From a virus (lineage: Duplodnaviria; Caudoviricetes), in the IMG/VR virus record IMGVR_UViG_3300032218_003260: a stretch of 64,000 bases of DNA; one strand, written 5' to 3'. This document shows, one piece after another, positions 62,455 through 64,000 of the stretch. Under the pieces are notes generated by a model. It saw nothing but the letters and a program-made list of their open reading frames with translations, was not told the origin of the DNA and searched no databases. The position numbers and the translations under genes are program-made. The first letter of the stretch is position 1. Each line of letters begins with the position of its first letter.

Positions 62455-62482
62455 GCGAGCCTCCGTGTTACAGCTACAGTAT

Positions 62483-62519
62483 AAACAAAAAGGGCTGGCC
62501 GCTTACGCAGCCAGCCCTT
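62483..62519 (-). terminator. Rho-independent terminator of the capsid transcript
   Basis: Minus AAGGGCTGGCTGC-GTAA-GCGGCCAGCCCTT followed by TTTGTTT; GNRA loop. Confidence 0.85.
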
Positions 62520-62545
62520 CGTGAGTCAAACAGTTAGGTTAAAAC

Positions 62546-62866
62546 TCAGTCCCAACCTTCCGGGCTCTTTGTGCCCAGCGCGTTGTCGTTGAGGTTGACC
62601 TGATCGATGCTGCCGTCGTCCTCGTCAGTGAGGTAAACGGCCGGCGACTTGGTGATGACCAGCGTGCCCCGCTCAAGAGCCTTTTCAAGGGCCTTGAACT
62701 GGCGCTGACCACCGCGGCCACCCTTGCCCACGGTCGAAACGAGGTCGCCCGGAACCGTGTAGGTTTCGTTCGCCGCGAGACGCTTGCCATGAGCGCCGAG
62801 AAAACCGAACACACGGGCAGCGCCCGACGTGTTCTTAACTGTCGTGTATAAACCGGGTACTGCCAT
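62546..62866 (-). CDS. Capsid-associated small protein (decoration?)
   Basis: Co-transcribed with the capsid gene; similar high-GC3 codon usage. Confidence 0.55.
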   Translation of the reverse strand: MAVPGLYTTVKNTSGAARVFGFLGAHGKRLAANETYTVPGDLVSTVGKGGRGGQRQFKALEKALERGTLVITKSPAVYLTDEDDGSIDQVNLNDNALGTKSPEGWD

Positions 62867-62885
62867 TTTTATTTACTCCATTTCT

Positions 62886-63275
62886 TCAGGATGCGCTTTG
62901 CAGAGCAGCAGCAGCGGCAGCCTGCAGCGTCAGAACAGCCTGCGCAATCGCAGGTTGCTCAGCCGCTACGTTAGCCACATCGCCGAAAGCAGCCGCCTTT
63001 TCACCAGTGCCGCCAAGGCCCGCGGCGGCAAGCATCTCGTCCAGCTGCTGGTTAGCAGCCGAGAGCGAGGAGGCTTGCGCAGCCGCGACCTTTTCTTGCT
63101 CCGCCGTGTAGAGCACATGAAGCTTGGAAGCAGCGGCCCACATTTCTGCGGCTTCGCCTTCCGTGCGCGGCTGAATGCCGTGCGCGGCAAGCTTCTCGAA
63201 GAAATACGGCGCGGCAAGTTCCGACACGATTGTGGCGTAAGCTTGCTCAGCCGCTTCTTTAACATTATCAGACAT
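62886..63275 (-). CDS. Ala-rich capsid-adjacent protein with K-x-A motifs
   Basis: AAAGGAG RBS; 4 of 5 Lys are in K-x-A. Confidence 0.65.
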   Translation of the reverse strand: MSDNVKEAAEQAYATIVSELAAPYFFEKLAAHGIQPRTEGEAAEMWAAASKLHVLYTAEQEKVAAAQASSLSAANQQLDEMLAAAGLGGTGEKAAAFGDVANVAAEQPAIAQAVLTLQAAAAAALQSAS

Positions 63276-63309
63276 AACGTGCTCCTTTAAGGTTTATTAC
63301 TACACGGCA

Positions 63310-64000
63310 TCACTTGAAGTCAACGCGAGCCAGACCGTTGGTGTGGCCGAACGAGCCACCCGAAGTCTGGTAGGCGAAGTACTCAAGCATGTAAGCTTCA
63401 CGACGGATGTACATCGTGGTGGGCTCCAGCTCGTAGTTCTTGCCGATGAACTTCGGAGAGGCGAACATGAACAGCGAGTCATCGGGGACAAGATCGCGCT
63501 TGATCGTGACGATCCAGCGGCAGTTGAGGAAGTTAGTCTCCGCCCAACCGTTCTTGATGATGTCCTGCGAGAAATCACCGCCCATCTCGTCGCGGCCGAA
63601 CTTGAGGAGTTCCTTGATCGTGATGTTATTCACGAGGCAGGTTTCAACCTCAAAGTGCGACGGCGTCCGGGGCATGACCTTCAGCGCGTCGACAAGGGTC
63701 TCACGCGTGATGCCGCCCGAGATCTCTTCGTACTGCACAGCGCCGCTGGCGACGTTGGCAACACCCGGAGTCGGGAGCACGGCGTTGAAGGCGGCAATAA
63801 ACTTGCCGTCCTCTTCAGCCAGCATGTCCTTGATCATGTTGTCGCTGAGGACCTGACGGATATCGATCACGTATGTACGCAGCTCGTCGACGTCCTTCAC
63901 AGCGCGGGGCGACACGATCCGGTCAAACATGACGCGGTAGCGCGGGCCACGGATGTAGAAGTTAATCGGGAGCGTCGCAAACGGGAGCGACACAGCCGCC
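63310..64000 (-). CDS. Major capsid protein, C-terminal part (5' end outside the window)
   Basis: Frame open to the window edge; WIVTIKRDLVPDD..F.FA.PKFIGK.Y.LE...MYI.R.A..LEYFAY....G..G motif; position ahead of head-tail and tail genes. Confidence 0.75.
   Translation of the reverse strand, partial: AAVSLPFATLPINFYIRGPRYRVMFDRIVSPRAVKDVDELRTYVIDIRQVLSDNMIKDMLAEEDGKFIAAFNAVLPTPGVANVASGAVQYEEISGGITRETLVDALKVMPRTPSHFEVETCLVNNITIKELLKFGRDEMGGDFSQDIIKNGWAETNFLNCRWIVTIKRDLVPDDSLFMFASPKFIGKNYELEPTTMYIRREAYMLEYFAYQTSGGSFGHTNGLARVDFK

Noticed and set aside
1-64000. Alternative genetic code (stop-codon reassignment), as in some large phages
   Set aside because: Genes tile densely under the standard code and end in TAA, TAG and TGA at sensible positions.
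21318-64000. Stand-alone contractile injection system or tailocin instead of a phage
   Set aside because: Capsid, head-tail adaptor and neck genes, a terminase and replication/accessory genes are present.

Overview
The window is a 64-kb piece of a large contractile-tailed (myovirus-type, probably jumbo) bacteriophage genome. Almost all genes are on the minus strand. The right part (about 21.3-64 kb) is a virion module. Read right to left it holds the C-terminal part of the major capsid protein, head-tail joining genes, a 1092-aa sheath, the tube, a gp5/VgrG-like spike, a tail chaperone pair with a probable -1 frameshift and a 1567-aa tape measure. It continues with baseplate genes that have a sigma-70-family factor embedded among them, five paralogous tail-tip proteins, and two collagen-like fibres, one carrying a 60-aa four-Cys tandem repeat. 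The left part is accessory and replication DNA. It includes a DUF1257-DUF2997-AAA ATPase-DUF3150-like cassette, a dATP/dGTP diphosphohydrolase, a GNAT, tRNA-Thr(UGU), a pyrimidine-dimer glycosylase, a primase-like protein and CsrA. Three plus-strand genes (a GpA-type terminase, a KxA-rich 391-aa protein and a 92-aa protein) are dovetailed into this array. Several families point to a planctomycete host, which is an inference from recalled family distributions. The most promising undescribed system is a phage-encoded CsrA together with about eight CsrA-type GGA-loop hairpins at or just upstream of translation starts, including the sheath and a tail-fibre gene. Other highlights are two G-U-supported structured RNAs flanking one 124-aa ORF, the Cys-rich repeat fibre, and a K-x-A signature shared by putative head proteins. 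All family names come from motif recognition by eye; no database search was run.
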